Assembly: GCA_053919585.1 (NCBI GenBank) | Contig: CM132807.1 | Source: Euprymna scolopes | Taxonomy: Eukaryota | Length of the DNA: 64,000 nt | Strand: one strand, 5' to 3' | In this document: one piece after another, positions 54,432 to 63,628 of the stretch | Position numbering within the stretch: the first letter of the stretch is position 1 | Layout of the letters: every line of letters starts with the position of its first letter | Notes under the pieces: model-generated | What the model saw: only the letters and a program-made list of their open reading frames with translations | Database searches by the model: none | What the model was told of the DNA's origin: nothing | Translations under genes and position numbers: made by a program

Positions 54432-55152
54432 ATTTTTATGTAAATGAATCTACTTTTATTTGTTATCATGTATCAGTATGTTTCATCTCTTCATTACGCG
54501 ACCTTTGCATCTTTTACATGGAGGATGGGATCGTCAATTATTAAAGCAGGCCATCCTATTCTCCACAAGTGTGACACTTTTACAGAATTTCAACTTATGT
54601 TTCCAGGCGGAGGTATGCAATCTTACGACTGATTTAAGTTCTTGTAAGAAAAATAAAATTGACTTTATTTTTTTTTATATGATTGGTGATGGATTTGGGA
54701 AAGTTGCCAAAATCTTTTTTTTTTTTTTTTTTTGCCGGCTTCGTGGTGTTGCCAGATTTGTGCGACTCAAGACTGTAATTGAATTAACCAAGTTCCTCCC
54801 TTCCCCATTTAAAAGGTACCAGGTGTGTAAAACATACTACGGCAACCATTTTTTTTTTTTTTTTTTTTTTTTAAAGCTGTTTCTTGTTTTTTCAGCTGAT
54901 GGGGTTATAATAACAATTTAGAACGTTTTTCTTTACCGTGGTTATGTCAGGTGCTAAAGCAAGTCAAGGAGGTCTCGCCGTGGATGGAGATTTGAAGGGA
55001 GCGGACGATAGTGCTTAGAATAATCATCCCTCCTGGCGGTGTTGTATCCACGTGTCCAGTGGTCAGCAGGCAGAACTATTGAATGGTCTTTGTTCTGATA
55101 ACGGGACAAACCCGAAGCCACACATTTTTACCTCTTGAAAAAAAAAAGCATC

Positions 55153-55208
55153 GAAACAAGAAACAAAAAGAAACAAGAAACAAAAAGAAACAAGAAACAA
55201 AAAGAAAC
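55153..55208. repeat. 17-bp tandem repeat (gaaacaagaaacaaaaa), about 3 copies
   Basis: Direct reading of the sequence. Confidence 0.85.
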
Positions 55209-55355
55209 ACGTTCGATGGAAGCAGACAGATTTCCCCGAAGATATAATTAAACATAATAGATAATGAGATTTAAAGGTAATTTTCGCTGACTTGTTCAGA
55301 AAGGCCTTTATCAAAAAAAAAAAAAAAAGATCACATGACTTTGGTAATCTTTTCA

Positions 55356-55563
55356 GTACTTATGCACTTTTGTTACCGTGCTGAAATAATAACGTTATTA
55401 TTTAGAAATCTATGGGGGAGATGAGAGTGTTTTGTAATTATTCTGTACTTTCTTTCGCCCAGCAATTTAATAATAAAAAAAGATACAGTAAAATTTGAAT
55501 TTAATTTGAAAATACTATTCGAAAGGAAAAAAATATAGCACGGTAATAAAAGTGCATAAGCAC
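55356..55563. repeat. 27-bp inverted repeat pair (MITE-like) enclosing ~155 bp
   Basis: gtacttatgcacttttgttaccgtgct (55356-55382) matches the reverse complement of agcacggtaataaaagtgcataagcac (55537-55563) at 25/27. No clear TSD. Confidence 0.6.
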
Positions 55564-55883
55564 CATTTTTTCAGCCATTTTAAGTCTGGCATAAGGCCAA
55601 AAGAAATCGAGCTCTGAATGTTGAAGTTGGTTCGTTACTGATAAGTCAGGCTAGTTAACTTCATAATAACTTAATATTTTTAGTAAAATTTGAATTTAAT
55701 TTGAAAATACTATTCGAAAGGAAAAAAATATAGCACGGTAATAAAAGTGCGTAAGCACCATTTTTTCAGCCATTTTAAGTCTGGCATAAGGCCAAAAGAA
55801 ATCGAGCTCTGAATGTTGAAGTTGGTTCGTTACTGATAAGTCAGGCTAGTTAACTTCATAATAACTTAATATTTTTAGTAAAA
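55487..55883. repeat. 195-bp tandem duplication (2 copies, near-identical)
   Basis: 55487-55681 is repeated at 55682-55876 with one visible mismatch (gtgcat/gtgcgt). agtaaaa occurs at all three junctions. Confidence 0.93.
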
Positions 55884-56942
55884 ATCTAATTTATAAAAGG
55901 GTTCTTCTTCGTTATAGGAACGAAATTAAGTTTTGCTAAATTGGCCAAAGATTTTCAGTTTTCAGAAAAGATTACAGTCAGGGCTCTCTGGTTTCTTTTT
56001 TTCTCCCCCCCCCCCCAAAAAAAAACTTCAATTTTCACTCATTATTTCGAAAACGTTTTTCATTAATAATTAATATTCTATCTTATCGTTTTTCGTAATT
56101 TTTGGATATGTTCGTTAGTGTGACGTGACAATTCAGTAGATATCATTGGTTTCACTTGAAATTTAATATTTCAATTTTCGAATTTTGCTAAAATAACAAA
56201 GAAGAGCCGATAAAACTATTGATAAATATCCGCCACTTGTGCATAATAATCTCCCATGCAAAATAGTACGACACGCGACGAGGGAAGACAATCACTGAAT
56301 TTATAAAATTTATCTGAGAATGGACGCAAGTGGCCTACATTTTGAAGAAATTGGGTCAAGTTAGTGAAACATTTTTGCAAATCAAACATGAATCACGAAA
56401 ACTTCCAATAAAATAGGGTACAGTTATTTAATCGACACCCAAGAAAATTTACGCCATTGAAGTTTCACCGAACACATCCGGCGCTGGAGAAAGGTCACGG
56501 GTTTTGCCAAACGGCCTGAATGTACAAAGTGATTTTTTTTGTTGGGTGGGAGGGGGGAGATTTGTGTAAATGGGGTTGAAATAATAACGTTATTATTTAG
56601 AAAGCTATTCATAACATGGGGAGAGAGACTTTGTTGCATAGGAGCGAAAGGCGGTGAAGGTGCCAATCAACCGTACAACGAATAAAACAGACGCAAAGCA
56701 AATATTTAACAGTAATAGCAAAGAAGGATGGCAAACAGAGACGTTCGGTTGAAGACGATAGGATATTGTGTTTTATTGTTTGCAAAGAAAAAGGTCGAAT
56801 GTACGACAATGGATACAGGATCAGCTGAATCGAGAACTTATAGCCGGACGTCAAGGGCCGTAGGAGAGAGAGCTAAAGGCGCTGGGATCGCTGCAAGTGT
56901 AAGCTGGTCGCTGGAACCTGCAGGAGCGAGCTGGAGGCAATG

Positions 56943-57136
56943 CAGGAGTAAGCTGGAGTCGCTAGAAGGCTAAGCCACAGGAGTAAGCTGGAGTTGCTTA
57001 TAGCTAAGTCACAGGAGTAAGCTGGAGTTGCTGAAAGCTAAACCACAGGAGTAAGCTGGAGTTGCTGGAAGCTAAGCTACAGGAGTAAGCTGGAGTCGCT
57101 GGGAGCTAAGCCACAGGAGTAAGCTGGAGTCGCTGG
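56943..57136. repeat. 34-35 bp GC-rich minisatellite (caggagtaagctggagt.gct.gaagctaagcca), ~5.7 copies
   Basis: caggag unit starts at 56943, 56978, 57012, 57046, 57080 and 57114. Degenerate related sequence lies upstream from ~56870. Confidence 0.9.
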
Positions 57137-57695
57137 TAGTGAGTCGGAGTTAAAGATGGTTCAGGAATTCAAGAACTGGAATGACAAGTTGTGAAAGGGG
57201 GCCCAGGAGGCAGGCAGCACTAGAGAGTGGACTGTGTATCGCATTCTTCCACCCCTGGTCCTCACGGCAATAATGCCGCCGGCGAGAGTCAAGTCGAGAT
57301 GGGAGTGCTCCTAGCCGCTAGCTTTATGGAGAGCCATTCATCATAAGGTTCCATGGCCAGTGATGACGTTGCTAAACACTGAATGACTATAATTACTTTC
57401 ACACCATATTACTTACAGTTAAAAATGTCTTCGGTGTTTATTAACTCTATTTATTTTAACTTAGGTTCGAAATAATAGTCCTTTGTTTTTCTTTAGTTTC
57501 TGAAAGATGAAGCTTATATGTTTTCTCGTTGTTTGTTTGAAAACAGCTGTTGCTATTTTTAACACACGTGGCCGTAGCGTATTTCTGGGGGTGTCGCATT
57601 TTAGTTAACAACGTGTTTTTGCTTACAAACATAGGAATTGTTAACTCGCAAACCACGACAACTTTATTAATCACCCGCCACGAGCATTTTATTTG

Positions 57696-57960
57696 GGTTT
57701 TCTCCGTTCGCAGTCGGAATTGCTTACGTCATGCCTACGTTATGCATGAAAATCTTTCGGTGTCTATTAAGCAACATTACCTAAAATAACATTACTTTAA
57801 ATACAAAGCAAACTTGGAAACGAACATTTTTTTTTTTTCATAAAAAAAGGCGAATATTGTAAAATTGCACAAAATAAGACAGTAATTAATAGAACATTTA
57901 TTGAATTAAATCAAGTGATTTTCTGTTTTAAATAGAACACTCCTGAGAGTAAAGCAAGTG
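57696..57960 (+). repeat. Unclassified ~265-bp dispersed repeat, uninterrupted copy
   Basis: Colinear with 58387-58466 plus 58926-59108, e.g. gaatattgtaaaattgcacaaaataagac and agaacatttattgaattaaat are shared. Confidence 0.85.
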
Positions 57961-57970
57961 ATATCAAACG

Positions 57971-57972
<2 letters not shown>

Positions 57973-58038
<66 letters not shown>

Positions 58039-58064
58039 GACAGAGACAGAGACAGAGAGAGAGA
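57973..58064. repeat. Compound (GT)n(GA)n(GACA)n microsatellite
   Basis: Direct reading of the sequence. Confidence 0.93.
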
Positions 58065-58386
58065 GTTTATTCCCGTCTCAGCCGATTTTTGTGAAATTTT
58101 ACACGAAGGTACTTTATCTGCCTGGCAGTATTCTTAAATAGGGTTTGTATCGGAATATCTTCAGTAAGTATCGATAATTGATAATCGAAATACTCCCATG
58201 AAAGAAGGAACAGGCGATTTTGACGAAAATTAACGCCTTACATAGCCTAACATTACAAATGCATTTGAGAAGTTTTATTACCACACATGTGTAGTTTACG
58301 GACTGTGTTGAAATAATAAAGTTATTATTTAGAAAGCTATTCTTAACATGAGGTTTTGTTAATTATCAGTCAAGTGTATTTCCTTC

Positions 58387-59108
58387 GGTTTTCTCTGTTC
58401 GCAGTTGGAACTGATTACGTCATACCTCCGTCACACATGAAAATCTTTGGGTATCTATCAAGCAACGCAACCTCTATCTCACAGAAGAGATGTTGCGAGT
58501 TTGTCTCTGATGTATCGTTATTTTCATGGAAAGTGTTCGACTGAGCTTCAATCTATGGTCCCCCTCGCCAAACTTTCACAAGAAACACTCGTCTAGCTGT
58601 AAACACTATCAATAATTCCCCCCCACTCTTTATCTGTGCCTAAACCTAAATGTAGATTCCATGAACAAAGCTTCTTTCTTAGAACTGCACGCCTGTGGAA
58701 TTGTCTTCCGTTTTCCTGCTTTCCGGCTACCTACAATATGGGTGTCTTCAAGTCTAACGTAAATAAGTTCTTGATGAGCCGTTCCATATAAGTTAACAAA
58801 TTTACCAAATTTTCATTACTAATGATTACTATATTGTCCAATTTCTACTGTACACTCTTTAACCCTTATCCTCGAGTGGCCTCTTGATCTTAAAATGTGG
58901 TGATGCCTGCGTAAAAAAAAATAAAATTACCTAGAATAACATTACTTTAAATACAATGCAAATTTGGAAACAAGCATTTTCTTTTTTATAAAAACAGACG
59001 AATATTGTAAAATTGCACAAAATAAGACGGTAATTAACAGAACATTTATTGAATTAAATTGTGTGATTTTCTTTTTTCGAACGGACTCTCCTAAGATGAA
59101 AGCAAATG
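58387..59108 (+). repeat. Second copy of the ~265-bp repeat, split by a LINE insertion
   Basis: The left part ends ...tcaagcaac (58466) and the right part resumes attacctagaataac (58926). These are contiguous at 57771-57790 in the other copy. Confidence 0.8.
58467..58925 (+). mobile_element. Second copy of the same CR1-group LINE 3' end, opposite orientation, frameshifted
   Basis: Reads QPLSHRRDVASLSLMYRYFHGKCSTELQSMVPPRQTFTRNTRL..., near-identical to 53862-54321. It has a +1 indel in the C run at ~58618 and ends gtggtgatgcctgcgt(A)n. Confidence 0.88.
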
Positions 59109-59171
59109 TTTTCTCTTGTCTCCTTTTTAAATCTTATCTAGTTCGTCCTTTGTAGTTTTCATAGTGTTTAT

Positions 59172-59931
59172 TAGTGATAGGACGATTTCAATATTTTTCC
59201 CGATTCCGATACAATTACCGATTCCGATTCTTTATCAATCTCCAAATATTTAACTATAAATTTTTTTCCTGATTACAGCAAAATCACAGGTTAATGTGCA
59301 TCTATTTTCTCAAACGTAACTGACGAACTGCAAGCACTTGTGCCCCCACGACATAAATACCCTCGACACACCTGACAGGCAGCTAAATCCCACCCCCACA
59401 CAGTAGAGATCCCTAGATGTAAAAGAGCTTTCTACTCCAGTAGTTTCTTCCCCAGAACCGCTAGACTCTGGAATTCCATTCCAGGTTCCTGCTTCCGCAA
59501 CTGTACTGACATGCAGAAGTTCAAGTGTAACATAAACTGACATCTTTCTGCCCAACTCCCTACATAATACCCCAGTAGCTGTTGCCCTTGATAGTAGCCG
59601 CCTACACCAAAGTGGCAAAATGTAATAAAAAAAAAAAAATTTTTTTCAATACATTTGTGTGGTGGGGTGATCTATAGATTTTAGCTTTACTGGTAATTTA
59701 AAATCAATAAATATTTATTATTTTATCATTACTACCAGCAGTGGAAGATTTTGTTTGAAACAAAAGCAAATAAAAACAAAATTAAAAGAATCGTTTTCGG
59801 CATCGGAAAATAGGCAGATTTTTTTTTATTATTCTAATACTTATACTGATACCCCCAAAAGTTTCGATTTTTCCGGTTCTCGATTCCGATTCCGAATGCG
59901 ATTCCGATTCTGATTAATCGTCCCAACACTA
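59172..59931. mobile_element. Non-autonomous hAT-type DNA transposon (MITE) with TIRs and 8-bp TSD, carrying a LINE insertion
   Basis: Left end tagtgataggacgatt matches the reverse complement of right end aatcgtcccaacacta at 14/16. Flanks gtgtttat (59164-59171) and gagtttat (59932-59939) match 7/8. Subterminal ccgatt/gattcc repeats occur at both ends. An 8-bp TSD with TAG-type termini is characteristic of hAT. Confidence 0.8.
59321..59639 (+). mobile_element. 3' fragment of a second, distinct CR1-group LINE family with poly(A)
   Basis: The plus strand reads DELQALVPPRHKYPRHT*QAAKSHPHTVEIPRCKRAFYSSSFFP, then after a frameshift RTARLWNSIPGSCF...DMQKFKCNIN*HL. The A tail is at 59627-59639. Confidence 0.8.
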
Positions 59932-60016
59932 GAGTTTATTGAATAAATCTGATAACTTCGGTAGGGCACGTACATCCCTCTTTCATATAACAGCATATCA
60001 ACATGTAAAAGAACAT

Positions 60017-60220
60017 TAACATCTTACAAATATATATATAACTAACCCTAACCCTAACCCTAACATCTTACAAATATATATAACTAACCCTAACCCTAAC
60101 CCTAACCCTAACATCTTACAAATATATATATAACTAACCCTAACCCTAACCCTTACATCTTACAAATATATATATAACTAACCCTAACCCTAACCCTAAC
60201 ATCTTACAAATATATATAAC
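60017..60220. repeat. 44-48 bp minisatellite containing telomere-like (TAACCC)3-4 blocks
   Basis: atcttacaaatatata starts at 60021, 60065, 60113, 60157 and 60201, separated by taaccc repeats. Confidence 0.9.
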
Positions 60221-60342
60221 TTACCACTTTTTTTTTAATTCTTTAATTTCCAACTTGTGTCTATCTTTTTATTGAAATGTTTTCTCCTGCCTCTTTTTTA
60301 AATGTTATCTATTTCTTCCTTTGTACTTCTATTGGTCTTTAT

Positions 60343-60530
60343 TAGCGATGGCACAATTCCAATATTTTTCTCGATTCCGATACCATTACCGCTTCCGATT
60401 CTTTACAAGCCTCTAAATATTTAAACTATGAAGTTGTTGTTTTTTTCCTGATTATCGTAAATGTGCAGATATTTTCTCAAACGCAAAAAAACCTCACTTG
60501 TCGAAGTTGATATTTAGATTTTAGTTTTCC
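60343..60530 (+). mobile_element. Truncated, diverged second copy of the hAT-type MITE (left end only; lacks the LINE insertion)
   Basis: tagcgatggcacaattccaatatttttctcgattccgatacc... aligns with 59172 onward through ttttctcaaacg and then tagattttag. Confidence 0.7.
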
Positions 60531-60537
60531 ATATTAT

Positions 60538-60600
60538 TAACCCTAATCCTAAGCCTAACCCTAACCCTAACCCTAATCCTAAGCCTAAACCTAACCCTAA
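60538..60600. repeat. Degenerate interstitial (TAACCC)n tract
   Basis: taaccc/taatcc/taagcc/taaacc hexamers. Confidence 0.85.
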
Positions 60601-60743
60601 ATCTTACAAATATATACAACTTACTCCTTTTTTTTAATTCGTTCATTTCCTCGTTGTGTCTACCTTCCTACTGAACTGTTTTCTCTTGTCCCCTTTTTTA
60701 AATGTTATCTATTTCTTCCTTTGTATTATATTTTTCATGGTGT

Positions 60744-60749
60744 TTATTA

Positions 60750-60793
<44 letters not shown>

Positions 60794-61692
60794 GTTATTA
60801 TTGTTGTTGTTGTTTTTGTTGTTGTTGTTGACTCACAAAGAGCTTTCACACAGGTCATCAAAGATCTCTCCTCGAAAACAGCATGTGGTGTTCCCTGGAA
60901 GCTGGGTGACAACAAGTCTCCCCAGGTTTCCAGTACTCTCCACCTCTTTCGATAACATTTGCACATAAATTTGCATTATCGCAACAGCTGCTTGCCATTG
61001 ATTTCTCGTTGGCAGCAGCTATTGGTCTTCACTGGAATTTGAGTGGCAATAAGCCTCCCCAAGGTCCTAATTCTCTTCGCACTTATCCGACAGAGGTCTG
61101 GTCAGGTCATCGGTTTTTCCTCCTTGACTCTACTTGGTTATTTGATCTCACTCTTTTTTTTGTGTGTGTGGAACAGAGGGGGTGGCAGTGATGTGGTAAT
61201 GAGAGGATGGGGTGGGGTTAGAGAACTTATAGATATGCGGTTTCAGTGTTCTTGATTCCATGTAGTGCTTCATGTTTTGCCTTTGCAGCAGTTTGTCTAG
61301 CCCGCGCTTGTTGCTCCTGTGTGTTAGTTTCCACATTCAAAGATTTTTCTTAACATTTCAGCTGTTTACATTATTGTTGTTCGTTGTATTTTTCCAGTCA
61401 TTCCTCTGATTCCAATCTCTCCCATTCTATTTTCAAAGTTTTTCAGGATTGTTCCTAGTGCTCCTACTAATCTAGGCATTATTTTGATTTCCTTCATCAT
61501 CCATATCCCTTTCAGCTCTCTGGCTAGCTTTGTATATTTGCTCTGTTTCTCTTTTTCTTTGATATTCACCCTTTGGTTGGCTGGAGCAGCAAAGTCTACG
61601 ATTTGACAGGATTTTTCTTTCTTGTTAATTATTACGACATCCGGTCTTCTTGCTTGGATGTGTTTAGCAGTTTGTATACCCATGTCCCATAA
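60744..61692 (-). mobile_element. R4/Dong-clade non-LTR retrotransposon 3' end (restriction-like endonuclease domain, 3' region, (CAA)/(TAA)n tail); 5' side runs into the gap
   Basis: LWDMGIQTAKHIQARRPDVVIINKKEKSCQIVDFAAP...KEKEKQSKY..LARELKGIW...VGALGT (61366-61692) is the PD..D..K RLE motif series of R4/Dong/Rex6-type elements. (ATT)n/(GTT)n lies at 60744-60830. Confidence 0.85.
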
Positions 61693-61847
61693 NNNNNNNN
61701 NNNNNNNNNNNNNNNNNNNNNNNNNNNNNNNNNNNNNNNNNNNNNNNNNNNNNNNNNNNNNNNNNNNNNNNNNNNNNNNNNNNNNNNNNNNNNNNNNNNN
61801 NNNNNNNNNNNNNNNNNNNNNNNNNNNNNNNNNNNNNNNNNNNNNNN
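61693..61847. other. Run of N (155 bp)
   Basis: N characters in the sequence. Confidence 0.99.
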
Positions 61848-62075
61848 TTTGGATGTTTTTAGTTGGATTTTCTTTCTTAAATATCAGGTCAATTCCTTTG
61901 ACTTTAGACATGCAAGCTGTGCTAAAACTATTGCCGTTCCCAAGAGGCAAGCCTTTTGCAAAATTGGAAAAGAAATTGTCTTGTCAATCTGATTAAGCAA
62001 TTTATAGTGGCTTTTTTTTTGTTATGTTCCCAAGCTTTTCAATTTACAATGGGAATAACCTTTACTGTCGTACAG
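61848..62075 (-). mobile_element. Degenerate R4/Dong-type extreme C-terminal fragment (different subfamily)
   Basis: The minus strand gives KVIPIV, then after a frameshift LGTITK (~62015-62062), and PILQKACLLGTA (~61932-61967). These match the VPIVIGALG and LQK..LLGTA terminal motifs. Confidence 0.6.
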
Positions 62076-62130
62076 TTCGAGGTGTTAATATTATATTATT
62101 ATTGTTTCATAGCTTAACTTTTTGATGTTG

Positions 62131-62133
<3 letters not shown>

Positions 62134-62191
<58 letters not shown>

Positions 62192-62672
62192 CATTTTGTG
62201 TCTGGCTGTTGGTATTACGGATTCTATACTGATTGGCGGATCATAACAAATGACCATAGGCTATCAACACCTTTTCTCAGCCTTCCCACACTTTCCACAA
62301 GATTCTGTCGACAACAATATTTTCAACTTCTACAATATTTTTTATCTCGCTTTTCAAGTCTTAGCACTTTTCGACTTTCTCCTTTTCTTTTTCCTCCACA
62401 TTTACACCAGGTGGCACTGCTATGTCAATGATTTTTGCCTTGTGTTCATTTTTTCCCCAATCTGGTCTCCTTGTTTCAATCACATCATCACTTTGGATAT
62501 TCATATTCCACAATAATTTCACATTATCACTCTCCACCACCCCTTCTGGAACATGCTCGTACCATTTTCCACTGCATTCCAGCCCTCCTGTCTTGCATAT
62601 ATCCAAATGGACCTTTCTCGCGATATTGTCATGTCGTCTCTTGTATTCCTTTTTTGAGCTGACTTCTCACAA
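62134..62672 (-). mobile_element. R4/Dong-type fragment (post-zinc-knuckle RHD motif plus RLE, internally deleted) with (TAA)n tail
   Basis: CEKSAQ, frameshift, then KEYKRRHDNIARKVHLDICK...KWYEHVPEGVVESDNVKLLWNMNIQSDDVIETRRPD...KIIDIAVP...EKEKEKVEK. (ATT)n lies at 62134-62189. Confidence 0.85.
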
Positions 62673-62691
62673 CTACTGAGAAAGAAGAAAC

Positions 62692-62833
62692 AGAAATCTT
62701 GTCTCACTTGAGGAAATGACTTCATTAAAGAATCAAATAAAAAATATCAAGTTATGTAGTTTTAAGACCAGTTCAGAGTTGTTTACATTGGAAATCAATT
62801 TCAAGCACATTTTCACTGTAACCACCTGACACC

Positions 62834-62836
<3 letters not shown>
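62692..62836 (+). repeat. Left arm of a ~143-bp inverted repeat
   Basis: Reverse complement of 63629-63770, e.g. atatcaagttatgtagttttaagaccagt and tacattggaaatcaatttcaagcac are shared exactly. Confidence 0.9.
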
Positions 62837-62867
<31 letters not shown>

Positions 62868-63590
62868 GGCTCACAAGGAGCTTTCACACTGGTCATAAAG
62901 TAAGCTGAGTGACAACAAGTCTTCACATATTTCCAGTACTCTCCACCTTTTTTGATAACATTTGCAAATGAATTTGCATTATACCAACAGCCACTTACCA
63001 TTGATTTTTCGCTTCGCTAGCAGCAGCCATTGGTTTCCACTGGAATTTGAGTGACAATGAGCCTCCCTAAGGTCTTGGCACTTGTCTAACAGAGGTCTGG
63101 TCAGCACTCTCTCCTTGGTCTCTCCATTCTCCACGACCTTTCTCAGCTATTTGGCATCATTCTTTATTTTTGGAGAGGGGTAGTGAGTAATGGGAGGGGA
63201 TGGTGAATAGATAGTGAGCCTGTAGGTATGCAACTTCATTGTTCTTGATTCCATATAACGCTTCATGCTTTGTCTCTGCAGCAGTCTTTCTGGCCCGCGA
63301 ATATGACTCATGTATTAGCCTCTGTATTCAAGATTTCAGCTGTTTTCGTTATTTGTTATTCGTTGTATCTTTCCAGCCATCCCTCTGATTCCAATTTCTC
63401 CCATTCTTTTTTCAAATTCTTTCGGAATTGTTCCTAGTGCTCCTACTATTATAGGTACTATCTTGAGTTTTTTCATCATCCACATCCTTTTCAGCTCTCT
63501 GGCTGTGTATTTGCTTCGTTTCTCCTTTTCTTTGATATTTATCCTGTGGTCAGCCGGAACAGCAAAGTCTACGATTTGGCAAGATTTTTT
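62834..63590 (-). mobile_element. R4/Dong-type 3' end, same family as 60744-61692, 5'-truncated, with (TAA)n tail
   Basis: KKSCQIVDFAVPADHRINIKEKEKRSKYTARELKRMWMMKKLKIVPIIVGALGTIPKEFEKRMGEIGIRG. The 3' region is colinear with 60831-61365, and (ATT)n lies at 62834-62867. Confidence 0.87.
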
Positions 63591-63628
63591 AACCCCAAAC
63601 TTAACCCTAATCTGTCAGTCTCTCTTTC

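Noticed and set aside
59946-59990. Hammerhead ribozyme at ctgataacttcggtaggg
   Set aside because: CTGATAA does not match the CUGANGA core, and no GAAA closing stem II was found.
60017-60600. True chromosome telomere
   Set aside because: The tracts are short, interrupted and internal, with complex sequence on both sides.
52498-60968. Other short ORFs (poly-CV, poly-HT, poly-F, poly-I/L, 54460-54921, 56728-56973, 59310-59618 minus)
   Set aside because: They are translations of microsatellites, poly-T tracts or antisense TE fragments, with no recognisable domains or exon structure.
61366-61950. 194-aa ORF as one continuous coding region
   Set aside because: It spans an N run. The part beyond the gap belongs to a different retroelement fragment whose conserved motif (LQKACLLGTA) is in another frame.
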